DNA of 64,000 bases, taken from Escherichia phage vB_EcoM-E33. The stretch is from the sequence record OL780484.1, one strand, 5' to 3'. Below are positions 1-8,515 of the stretch, in pieces (the first letter of the stretch is position 1; each line of letters opens with the position of its first letter). The translations under genes were made by a program, and so were the position numbers. The notes under the pieces were generated by a model. The model searched no databases. It was not told the DNA's origin and saw nothing but the letters and a program-made list of their open reading frames with translations.

Positions 1-276
1 AAGAAACTATATCAATCCTGCCACATTCTGCAAAAGCAAGGGCTATACTATATCGTCCACTTTAAAGAGATGTTGCGTATGGATGGCCGCCAAGTTGATA
101 TCGATGGTGAAGACTACCAACGTCGTGATTCAATTGCCCAGCTTCTTAAGGAGTGGGGACTGATTGATATAGTAGACGACTCTGAGCTGTTCGAAATCAC
201 TAATAATTTCCGTGTCATTTCCTTTAAGCAGAAAAATGACTGGGAACTACTGTCTAAGTATACCATTGGTAATTAA
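1..276 (+). CDS. regA: Translational repressor RegA, C-terminal part (5' end lies upstream of window)
   Basis: Frame-1 translation from base 1 (…YQSCHILQKQGLYYIVHFKEMLRMDGRQV…FRVISFKQK…KYTIGN) matches remembered T4 RegA C-terminus; lies directly upstream of gene 43 as in T4. Confidence 0.85.
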   Translation, partial: KKLYQSCHILQKQGLYYIVHFKEMLRMDGRQVDIDGEDYQRRDSIAQLLKEWGLIDIVDDSELFEITNNFRVISFKQKNDWELLSKYTIGN

Positions 277-277
277 T

Positions 278-493
278 ATGATTCTTGAAATTGAAACGTG
301 TGAACGTCTTAAAGAGGTATACGGACTTTCTCCAACTCAAACGATTTTTGACCTTTCCGAAGAGCTCCAAATAGAATTTCAAAAGGACCTCCAAAAGTTA
401 CTACATCCTGGCCAGCAAGTCTTCCAGGCTATGATTAAAACTAAAGACGAAGATGGTAATTCAACTATTAAACGTCAGACAATAGAAATTTAA
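278..493 (+). CDS. Hypothetical small protein (71 aa)
   Basis: ATG at 278 overlaps regA stop (TAATATG); ORF track 212..493 in same frame; followed by hairpin terminator. Confidence 0.5.
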   Translation: MILEIETCERLKEVYGLSPTQTIFDLSEELQIEFQKDLQKLLHPGQQVFQAMIKTKDEDGNSTIKRQTIEI

Positions 494-495
494 GC

Positions 496-515
496 AAAGG
501 GACTTCGGTCCCTTT
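496..515 (+). terminator. Stem-loop aaagggac-UUCG-gtcccttt, terminator-like
   Basis: Perfect 8-bp stem with UUCG tetraloop, T-run 3' side, directly after stop at 493. Confidence 0.5.
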
Positions 516-544
516 TGGAGTATAATGATTCATCAACAAACAAA

Positions 545-574
545 AGACAATCACTCGTCTATAAAGGAAATGAA
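545..574 (+). promoter_or_regulatory. Putative gene 43 translational operator (hairpin agac-aatcactc-gtct adjacent to SD AAGGAAA)
   Basis: 4-bp stem/8-nt loop immediately 5' of the gene 43 Shine-Dalgarno; T4 gp43 is known to autoregulate by binding a hairpin+SD operator. Confidence 0.35.
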
Positions 575-3286
575 ATGCAAGAATTCTATTTGACAGTCGA
601 ACAAATCGGTGATAATATTCTCGAACGTTACATCGATAAAAATGGTAACGAACGTAGTCGTGAAGTTCCTTACAAGCCTACAATGTTTATGCATGCTAAT
701 CCAGAGCAAGCCGTAAAATACATTGATATCTATGGTAAGGGTTGTGTTAAGAAAGAATTCGACTCTATGCGTGATGCATCCCAATGGATGAAACGTATGG
801 ACGATATGGGTCTCGAAGCCCTGGGTATGGACGACTATAAATTAGCCTATTTGTCTGATACCTATCGTAAAGAAATCAGATATGATTCTTCTAAGATTCG
901 TATTGCTAACTTCGACATCGAGGTAACATCTCCTGATGGATTCCCTGAACCAGCTCAGGCTAAACATCCTATCGATGCCATTACCCACTACGACTCGATT
1001 GACGATAAATTCTATGTATTCGACCTTTTAGTTTCGCCTTATGGTACTGTCGAAGAGTGGTCGATTAAAATCGCTGAGAAACTCCAAGACGAAGGCGGTG
1101 ACGAAGTTCCACAAGAAATCATTGACAAAATCGTTTATCTTCCGTTTAATTCTGAAGAAGAAATGATGCTTGAGTACTTGAATTTCTGGCAACAGAAAAC
1201 TCCTGTGATTTTGACTGGATGGAACGTTGAGTCGTTTGACGTACCGTACGTTTATAACCGTCTGAAAAATCTGTTCGGTGAGAACACTGCTAAGCGATTA
1301 AGCCCACATCGTAAAACTCGTGTTAAAGTTATTGAGAACATGTACGGGGCTCGTGAAATCATTACATTGTTCGGTATCTCTGTTCTGGATTATATCGACC
1401 TCTATAAAAAATTCAGCTTCACCAACCAGCCTTCTTATTCTCTGGATTATGTTTCTGAATATGAATTGAAAGTAGGTAAGTTGAAATATGATGGCCCAAT
1501 CTCCAAGTTACGTGAGACGAACCACCAACGATATATTTCCTATAACATTATCGACGTATATCGTGTAGTGCAGATTGATATGAAGCGTCAGTTCATTCTT
1601 CTGAGTTTGGACATGGGTTATTATGCCAAGATGCAGATTCAGTCGGTGTTCAGCCCAATTAAGACTTGGGACGCTATTATCTTTAATAGCCTTAAAGAAC
1701 AAGGCAAGGTAATTCCACAAGCTCGCTCACACGTGGTCCAACCTTATCCTGGTGCTTTCGTTAAGGAACCGATTCCTAACGCTTACAAATATGTAATGAG
1801 TTTCGACCTTACATCTCTGTATCCGAGTATCATTCGACAAGTGAATATAAGCCCAGAGACCATCGCAGGGACATTCGCTAACGCACCGATACATGAATAT
1901 ATTGCCGGAACTGCTCAGCGTCCTAGCGACACCTACAGTTGCTCTCCTAACGGCATGATGTACTATAAAGACCGTGAAGGTGTGATTCCGACAGAAATCA
2001 CCAAGGTATTCTTGCAGCGTAAAGAACATAAAGGTTACATGCTTGCAGCTCAACGTAATGGTGAGTTAATTAAAGAAGCATTGGAAAATCCTAATCTCTC
2101 AGTTGATAGTCCACTGGATATCGATTATCGTTTTGACTTCTCTGACGAAATCAAAGCCAAGATTAAAGCACTGTCAGCGCCTTCTTTAAGAGAAATGTTG
2201 AAGAAAGCCGAGCTCACTGAAGTTGCAGGTAACACTGCTCAGATTAACCGTAAGTTGCTTATCAACTCCCTTTATGGTGCACTTGGTAACGTATGGTTCC
2301 GTTACTATGACCTCAGGAACGCAACTGCAATCACATTGTTTGGTCAAATGGCCCTCCAATGGATTGAACGTAAGGTTAACGAATATCTGAATAGCGTGTG
2401 TAAGACTGAAAACCAGAAGTTCGTGCTCTACGGTGATACTGACTCCATTTATGTTAAGGCAGATGCAATCATCAATAAAGTAGGCGAAGATAAATTCCGT
2501 GATACTAACCACTGGGTCGACTTCTTAGATAAATTTGCACGTGAACGTATGGAACCAGCTATTGATGCAGGCTTCCGTGAGATGTGCGAATACATGAACA
2601 ACAAACAACACTTGATGTTCATGGACCGAGAAGCTATCGCAGGTCCTCCACTTGGTTCTAAAGGCCTTGGTGGATTCTGGACAGGCAAGAAACGTTATGC
2701 ACTTAACGTTTGGGACATGGAAGGTACTCGTTATGCTGAACCACACTTGAAAATCATGGGTCTCGAAACTCAGAAATCAAGTACACCTAAAGCAGTTCAG
2801 AAAGCTCTGAAGGAATGTATCCGTCGTATGCTTCAGGAAGGCGAGGCATCTTTGCAAGAATATTTCAAACAGTTTAATAAGGAATTTAACGAACTCGATT
2901 ATGTAAGCATTGCAGCAGTATCCAGTGCTAACAACATCGAGAAATATAATGAAGGTGGATTCCCGGGTTCTAAATGTCCATACCACATCAAAGGTTGCTT
3001 AGCTTACATGCGTGCTTCTGCAGGTGATTTGACTATGCCTCGTATCGTTGATGGTGAAAAGGTATATGTACTGCCACTTAAAGAAGGCAACCCGTTCGGT
3101 GAAGCTTGTATGGCATGGCCGTCAGGTATTGAACTTCCGGTTCAGATTCGTGACCAAGTCCTCCGTTGGATGGACTACAACGTACTGTTCCAAAAGACCT
3201 TTATCAAACCTCTGACCGGTTTTACTGAGTCTGCTAAAATCGACTACGAGAAAAAAGCAACATTATTTGATATGTTCGACTTTTAA
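575..3286 (+). CDS. 43: DNA polymerase gp43 (family B, 3'-5' exonuclease + polymerase)
   Basis: 903-aa product starting MQEFYLTVEQIGDN…; strong similarity by recollection to T4/RB69 gp43 incl. exo motifs (FDIEV) and polymerase motifs (SLYPSII, YGDTDS); SD AAGGAAA 7 nt upstream of ATG 575. Confidence 0.97.
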   Translation: MQEFYLTVEQIGDNILERYIDKNGNERSREVPYKPTMFMHANPEQAVKYIDIYGKGCVKKEFDSMRDASQWMKRMDDMGLEALGMDDYKLAYLSDTYRKEIRYDSSKIRIANFDIEVTSPDGFPEPAQAKHPIDAITHYDSIDDKFYVFDLLVSPYGTVEEWSIKIAEKLQDEGGDEVPQEIIDKIVYLPFNSEEEMMLEYLNFWQQKTPVILTGWNVESFDVPYVYNRLKNLFGENTAKRLSPHRKTRVKVIENMYGAREIITLFGISVLDYIDLYKKFSFTNQPSYSLDYVSEYELKVGKLKYDGPISKLRETNHQRYISYNIIDVYRVVQIDMKRQFILLSLDMGYYAKMQIQSVFSPIKTWDAIIFNSLKEQGKVIPQARSHVVQPYPGAFVKEPIPNAYKYVMSFDLTSLYPSIIRQVNISPETIAGTFANAPIHEYIAGTAQRPSDTYSCSPNGMMYYKDREGVIPTEITKVFLQRKEHKGYMLAAQRNGELIKEALENPNLSVDSPLDIDYRFDFSDEIKAKIKALSAPSLREMLKKAELTEVAGNTAQINRKLLINSLYGALGNVWFRYYDLRNATAITLFGQMALQWIERKVNEYLNSVCKTENQKFVLYGDTDSIYVKADAIINKVGEDKFRDTNHWVDFLDKFARERMEPAIDAGFREMCEYMNNKQHLMFMDREAIAGPPLGSKGLGGFWTGKKRYALNVWDMEGTRYAEPHLKIMGLETQKSSTPKAVQKALKECIRRMLQEGEASLQEYFKQFNKEFNELDYVSIAAVSSANNIEKYNEGGFPGSKCPYHIKGCLAYMRASAGDLTMPRIVDGEKVYVLPLKEGNPFGEACMAWPSGIELPVQIRDQVLRWMDYNVLFQKTFIKPLTGFTESAKIDYEKKATLFDMFDF

Positions 3287-3288
3287 GT

Positions 3289-3318
3289 GTTTACATACCA
3301 CAAGGAACGTGGTAGTAT
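3289..3318 (+). promoter_or_regulatory. T4-type early promoter (GTTTAC -35, TAGTAT -10)
   Basis: GTTTAC at 3289, ~18-nt spacer, TAGTAT, then conserved leader CTATCAACT and SD GAGGAAA before imm. Confidence 0.55.
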
Positions 3319-3348
3319 CCTTCCTATCAACTACATGAGGAAATTACA

Positions 3349-3585
3349 ATGGAAGCTTTAATCGTTAGTGCTGGTGTTTTAGGATTCGGTTCTCTGGTTA
3401 TTATGTTCATCGGTTACTTTTTACCATGGATTCTGGCTCTTCTGCGAGGCACTCGTAGTAATGTAGGAATTTTCTTCCTTAATCTCCTGTTAGGCTGGAC
3501 GATGATTGGTTGGGTAGTGGCTTTAATCTGGGCTATCGTCGCTGAACGTAAATCAAACGCACAAATCATTATTGTTAAACAATGA
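3349..3585 (+). CDS. imm: Immunity to superinfection membrane protein Imm
   Basis: 78-aa highly hydrophobic two-helix protein directly downstream of gene 43, as T4 imm. Confidence 0.8.
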   Translation: MEALIVSAGVLGFGSLVIMFIGYFLPWILALLRGTRSNVGIFFLNLLLGWTMIGWVVALIWAIVAERKSNAQIIIVKQ

Positions 3586-3726
3586 AAATAATTGTTTTAT
3601 TTCTTATAATGGCTGCCTTTACCGTTTATTGGGCAGTGGCAATTCCGCCAATGATTCCGACACTCATCATTGGATGGATTATTCTTATAGCACAAATTAA
3701 GTATAACTGTTTTAATTGAGGATATT

Positions 3727-4227
3727 ATGAAAAAGTTAATTATCGCAATGAGTATGCTCCTATCAGGTTGCGCGGTCCAATATGGTGATACAGTTTCGGC
3801 CGATGAAGTTGGTAAAGCTCGTATCGCAGCTGAACAGAAACAATTCGATGGCGAAATGAAATTCCGTGCAGGTTCTGGACTTGTGTACACCCGAGCTAAT
3901 AATCAATGCGGTAATAACTGTGCAAAATATGCTCAACAAGAAATCGAATTCCAACGTGAACAAGAGTCCAAGCGTGAAGCGGTACTAGCCAAACACCAGG
4001 CAGAAATGAAGCGTCAAGATGATTTGTACAAAAAGCAGAAACTGTATGCGATGTGCGTAAACCATATCAATCTACAGATTTCCATCCACGAGGCTCGTTA
4101 TTACGAAATGCTCGAAACCGAGAGCTTCGGTAAAGCTCGTGATTATAAGAAACAAATCGATAAGCTCAAGACCAAAGTACCGGCGGCAATAGAACAGTGT
4201 ATTGAAATCGGTAAAGATAAGATTTAA
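3727..4227 (+). CDS. Putative lipoprotein (signal peptide with lipobox LLSGC), coiled-coil rich
   Basis: N-terminus MKKLIIAMSMLLSGC; SD TGAGGA upstream. Confidence 0.6.
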   Translation: MKKLIIAMSMLLSGCAVQYGDTVSADEVGKARIAAEQKQFDGEMKFRAGSGLVYTRANNQCGNNCAKYAQQEIEFQREQESKREAVLAKHQAEMKRQDDLYKKQKLYAMCVNHINLQISIHEARYYEMLETESFGKARDYKKQIDKLKTKVPAAIEQCIEIGKDKI

Positions 4228-4287
4228 GCAATACCAATTTATTAAAAATAGTGTATAATGTACCTACATTCACTTGAGGAACAGATA

Positions 4288-5961
4288 ATGAAAAAGGTTG
4301 TTATTTTAGGCGCGGGTCTTGGCTCACGGTTGTATCCAATTACCAACGAAATCCCGAAGGTACTGGTTAACTACAAACAACATACTGTATTAAAACATTT
4401 GTATGATTTGTATAGTAATCAATCAGATGAAATTATTCTGGTTATTCACAGCAAATTTAACGACCTCGTTAAAGGCTATATTAAATCCATTAACATGATT
4501 AATAGTGATAAGCCTAAATTCACTATTCGTAACGTTGATGTTGCCAATGGTTCGGCTCATGCTATCGATTGCATTGCCGAAGATATCATTGGGCACAATG
4601 TCTTGTTTAACTGGTGTGATATTATTCCTGAAGGTCATAAAGTTGAGTGGGATAACGACTACTGTTATACCTATGGGACTGACTGTCGTTTTACATTTGA
4701 AGAACCGTACTTGCGTGAAATTGGTACCGGTGGTGGCGTAGTTGGCTTGTATCAGGTGGCTAATTGGACAGGTTTCGACCGTTCTAATTATGGTGAAGAC
4801 CTTGCTGACAACCTGGATTCAATGGTCCATTTGACTGAACGTAAGTTAGACTTTGTAGTTGATGTTGGTGACAAACTGAAACTGGCTAAGGCGCATGAAG
4901 ATTCTGAAATTAACCGTGAATTTAATAAATTAGAGTTCACCGAGAATCTAGCTATTAAAGTACCAACTAACGAATTGGGTAAAGAAATCCAATCTAAAGA
5001 AATCAATTGGTATAATTCTATTGATTCCGAATTCGTTCCTAGCATTGTAGACTTTGCTCCAGGCGAATTCATTAAAATGGAACGTATCTTTGGTCGAACC
5101 ATGGCAGATGCCTACCGGTTTATGTCTAAAGAAACTAAAGTCCTAATGGTTTATAAGGTTATTAGTGCATTACGTTCGTTCGGTGGAACTATCGATAATC
5201 CGTCCGATGAGCAATGGTATTCTGATGTTAAGAAAGAAGTATTGGACAAGGTCCTTATTCGTAATGCTTCTATTGCCGGATTGATTGAAGGCTTTGCTCC
5301 ACAGGGTATTACCCATGTTAACGACTTCAAGGTAGGCGACCCAGAAAAACTTCTTCGTCACGCCTTAGAAATTCTGTCTGAACATAAAGAACCGTACCAA
5401 CTTATTCATGGCGACCCGCACTACAGTAATATTATGTTGTCGGACGAAGGTAATATTAAAATCATCGACCCACGTGGTTATTTTGGTAATAGTTCTAAAG
5501 GCCCTGCGATTTATGATGAAGCTAAGGTGCTTTATTCTATCGATGGTTATGACAAATTTAACTCTGACCCTCTATGGGGTGGCTTAACTCGTAACGGAAC
5601 TCGTGTATTCGTTGATATTGAAAAGGTTATGCCTTTAGATGATATTCCGATGTGTACATTTAAGCACAAGCTCTGGATTGCTGTTATCTGGATGGCATTG
5701 GCAGGTTACTTTAAAAATAACCCTCTGAAAGCTCTGGGCGCTTATTACAATGGGCTATATCAACTGAGTGTGCTGCTGAAGCGGCATCCTCGTAAGCGTA
5801 AGCTTATCACAGGTGAATTCGTTGATGAAGTTCGCGACCCTATCACGGCTCAAATTATCACTCGTTGTCCTGATAAGTGGGTTTTGCTTGACCAGGAAAC
5901 TGGTGTAAAATATAAACCTACAGGTTCTACCGAACTCCACAAACAATGGAAGAAAATTTAA
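4288..5961 (+). CDS. Bifunctional sugar-1-phosphate nucleotidyltransferase / APH-choline-kinase-like kinase (557 aa)
   Basis: N-term motif ILGAGLGSRLYPIT…PKVLV (canonical G-x-G-x-R-x-P-K of NDP-sugar pyrophosphorylases); C-term catalytic loop LIHGDPHYSNIML…IIDPRGYFG (HGDxxxxN + D motif of APH/ChoK/anomeric sugar kinases); ATG 4288 with SD GAGGAA. Confidence 0.7.
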   Translation: MKKVVILGAGLGSRLYPITNEIPKVLVNYKQHTVLKHLYDLYSNQSDEIILVIHSKFNDLVKGYIKSINMINSDKPKFTIRNVDVANGSAHAIDCIAEDIIGHNVLFNWCDIIPEGHKVEWDNDYCYTYGTDCRFTFEEPYLREIGTGGGVVGLYQVANWTGFDRSNYGEDLADNLDSMVHLTERKLDFVVDVGDKLKLAKAHEDSEINREFNKLEFTENLAIKVPTNELGKEIQSKEINWYNSIDSEFVPSIVDFAPGEFIKMERIFGRTMADAYRFMSKETKVLMVYKVISALRSFGGTIDNPSDEQWYSDVKKEVLDKVLIRNASIAGLIEGFAPQGITHVNDFKVGDPEKLLRHALEILSEHKEPYQLIHGDPHYSNIMLSDEGNIKIIDPRGYFGNSSKGPAIYDEAKVLYSIDGYDKFNSDPLWGGLTRNGTRVFVDIEKVMPLDDIPMCTFKHKLWIAVIWMALAGYFKNNPLKALGAYYNGLYQLSVLLKRHPRKRKLITGEFVDEVRDPITAQIITRCPDKWVLLDQETGVKYKPTGSTELHKQWKKI

Positions 5962-6320
5962 TGCATCTGTGTTTTGATATCGATAATACCATTACTCACT
6001 GGCAAGATGACCGTGATTACGAAAACTTTAAACCGGACACCGAAATGGTGTCCATGATTAATAAGCTTTATGATGAAGGGTACGAGATTACCTTGTTCAC
6101 TGCCCGTGGTATGACTTCATGCGGCCCGGGTCGAATCTTGGTTGAAGTAGTTCCTGCATTAGTTAAGAACCTTGAAAAGATTGGATTGAAATATCACAAT
6201 CTGCTTACACATAAGCCGAGTTATACTTTTATCATCGATGACCGAGCAATCCGTCCTGACCACTTTAAAGAAATGGTTCGTGAAGGAACTCTTGAAACCT
6301 ATAAGGCATATCATCCGTGA
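5946..6320 (+). CDS. Small HAD-superfamily phosphatase-like protein (124 aa)
   Basis: Motif I FDIDNTIT (DxDxT), motif II T in ITLFTARG, motif IV FIIDDR; start overlaps upstream stop. Confidence 0.6.
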   Translation: MEENLMHLCFDIDNTITHWQDDRDYENFKPDTEMVSMINKLYDEGYEITLFTARGMTSCGPGRILVEVVPALVKNLEKIGLKYHNLLTHKPSYTFIIDDRAIRPDHFKEMVREGTLETYKAYHP

Positions 6321-6853
6321 AACCAAAAATCATTGTTATCGACGGCCCGGATAATTCCGGGAAGTCTACTTTAATTGAATCACTTTTATCTGATAAGAAA
6401 TATCGTCTTATTGATTTCCCTAAAAAGATTAATGGCAAATGCATTTCATTAGGGACCGATAATGACAAGGCTTTAGTCGAGACGTTGTATAAGTTTTTAG
6501 ACCCTAATTTCGTTTACATCCTTGACCGTGGTTATCCAAGTAATATTGTTTACTCGGGATTCCTTCGCGGTGAAATGGACCCTTATGTAGAACTGGAAGA
6601 TTGGAAAAGGTTTAAATCTGAATTCAATATTATTGAGGTTATTTTAACCCGTAATCCACTGGATAAAGACTTTGAAGATGACCTTATTAAATTAACCAAA
6701 GATGAGTTCAACCTAACTATCCGCCAATACGAAACATGTTTTGAAAACGTGTTTAAAATCTTAAATCACGACGGCCATAATAACTTGCTTAACGTCGATA
6801 TGGTAGAATTAAAACGTCTGAATGAATATATTGAAAATAAGGTGAATAAATGA
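6317..6853 (+). CDS. P-loop kinase, thymidylate/deoxynucleotide-kinase-like (178 aa)
   Basis: Walker A IVIDGPDNSGKST; LDRGYPSNIVYSG resembles dTMP kinase DRY/S…Y motif; GTG start overlapping upstream stop. Confidence 0.65.
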   Translation: MKPKIIVIDGPDNSGKSTLIESLLSDKKYRLIDFPKKINGKCISLGTDNDKALVETLYKFLDPNFVYILDRGYPSNIVYSGFLRGEMDPYVELEDWKRFKSEFNIIEVILTRNPLDKDFEDDLIKLTKDEFNLTIRQYETCFENVFKILNHDGHNNLLNVDMVELKRLNEYIENKVNK

Positions 6854-7548
6854 AACACATTACCGCTGTTAGTTTTGAAAACGCGTTTAAGCAAATGAAC
6901 GAAGAAATCCTGGAAGCTCCACAGTTTGCAGTTGATTCTCGTATCGGCCGTTGTTATGAAATTGGTTCTGCTTCGGTAGAAGTACTGGATGCAAGCACCT
7001 ATAAATTCACCGACCCTCGTATTAATCGTATCAACTATGATTATGCCGAATCTTTCTGGAAGTTTATGATTTCTGGTGGTACTGACGCCGCCGAAGCATT
7101 TAAGGAATACCCTAATGTTGCTAAGTTCATTGATAAGCCGAAAAGTGACGTATTGCCTGCAAACTTCAACACTTTCTATGGACCTAGAATTGTGGCCCAA
7201 CTCCCAGCCTTACTTAAAGAGCTTAAAGAGAAGCCTAACTCAAGACGAGTTGTGTTCCAAATTCTCCAAGAACAAGACCAAGCCCTCCTTGATTCTGACG
7301 AATCCTTAGAATATCCATGTACTGATTCAGTGACATATTATATTCGTGATGGACGTCTTTATGCACATACCCATATGCGTTCACAGAACTGTGCTATTGT
7401 TATGCAGCTGGATTTCTATCTGCAGGGTAAACTGATGGCCTTTATTGCTGAACAGTGTGGTGTTGGTCTGGGTACGTATTCCCATACTATGGTTAGTGCA
7501 CACGTATTTGAACGTGATTTTGACTACGTTCGAGGATTCCTGAAATGA
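6850..7548 (+). CDS. 42: dCMP hydroxymethylase gp42 (thymidylate-synthase fold)
   Basis: 232 aa; position between imm and uvsX as T4 gene 42; TS-like C-terminal region; start overlaps upstream stop. Confidence 0.8.
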   Translation: MKHITAVSFENAFKQMNEEILEAPQFAVDSRIGRCYEIGSASVEVLDASTYKFTDPRINRINYDYAESFWKFMISGGTDAAEAFKEYPNVAKFIDKPKSDVLPANFNTFYGPRIVAQLPALLKELKEKPNSRRVVFQILQEQDQALLDSDESLEYPCTDSVTYYIRDGRLYAHTHMRSQNCAIVMQLDFYLQGKLMAFIAEQCGVGLGTYSHTMVSAHVFERDFDYVRGFLK

Positions 7549-8438
7549 GTTTGTTTATCGTTCCTATTTTCAGTATGCGTAGTTACGAAACAGGTGAATA
7601 TGCCGTCCTTAAGGACGGTAATTTTCAACTCCATTTAAACCGTGCTTGCCAAGGTGATTATCTGGCTTATCCTAGAAATTCGAGCGATATCAAAGAATGC
7701 ATTGAATTATTTCCTGAACTGAATTTTGTACCTCTTTGGTATAAAGAAAATGCTTATGAAACTCGTAAACATTTTTGGTCTGAAAATGAGTTCGTTGTTG
7801 ATTCGTTAATCGAATACTATGACTGCTCAGGATTGGTAACCGATATCACAGGTTATGATGGCACTCAGACTGTACAATTCAACTTTAACATTACAATGGA
7901 CCCTGAAGTTCCTCGTTATTATATCGACGAGTTTATTGATACCGACGTGTCCTCAGTTGAACGTTCGATTTATACCACAGTCCTGAATCAATGCCAGAAA
8001 GACGTCCTGGTGTCACGAGGTGCGTCCTCTGATAAGATTTTTGTAGACCAAAAGGTAATTAATCCGGCAGTAATTGAGCGTTACTCTGAAGGCCTAGCGC
8101 CTATTAAAATTGATGGTATTTTCCATCCATTCCGTATCTCTGATAAATGTTATCAATTCGAAAGAGTTGTAGACCAAGCTGCGGCTGAAGGTTCTCGCCT
8201 TTATATCACCGATCCGAATGATTCATTTAAGCGTGAAGACTATCGTCCTGATGTAGAGATTATTAAATTCAAACCGAGTAAGGTTGAATATTATCAGATT
8301 CTGAAATCAAGACCTCATATCATTTATCATGAGAATCCCAGTTTAGTATTTCATCCTGGCCTGGCTGAATTCATTTATTTCGGTGCCCACATCCATTCTG
8401 AGCACGAAATGCCAAGTTATGAGGACGTGGTCCTTTAA
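7545..8438 (+). CDS. Hypothetical 297-aa protein occupying the T4 beta-glucosyltransferase locus (candidate DNA-modifying transferase)
   Basis: Located between 42 and uvsX where T4 encodes beta-gt; no resemblance by eye to T4 alpha/beta-gt; start overlaps gene 42 stop (coupled). Confidence 0.6.
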   Translation: MSLFIVPIFSMRSYETGEYAVLKDGNFQLHLNRACQGDYLAYPRNSSDIKECIELFPELNFVPLWYKENAYETRKHFWSENEFVVDSLIEYYDCSGLVTDITGYDGTQTVQFNFNITMDPEVPRYYIDEFIDTDVSSVERSIYTTVLNQCQKDVLVSRGASSDKIFVDQKVINPAVIERYSEGLAPIKIDGIFHPFRISDKCYQFERVVDQAAAEGSRLYITDPNDSFKREDYRPDVEIIKFKPSKVEYYQILKSRPHIIYHENPSLVFHPGLAEFIYFGAHIHSEHEMPSYEDVVL

Positions 8439-8515
8439 CGCTGTAAATGTGAAGTGATATAATTACCCTATCTTAAAACGTGAGTAAAATATAATGATGC
8501 CTATGGAAAAATATA

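Noticed and set aside
551-2986. Multiple minus-strand ORFs (551..784, 1508..1720, 1727..2053, 2186..2512, 2449..2688, 2525..2746, 2777..2986) inside gene 43
   Set aside because: Fully embedded antisense in the well-supported DNA polymerase ORF, with no SD or promoter; typical spurious ORFs.
3597-3963. Minus-strand ORFs 3597..3890 and 3763..3963
   Set aside because: Overlap the + strand lipoprotein gene and imm-downstream region; no translation signals; the + strand gene has an SD and signal peptide.
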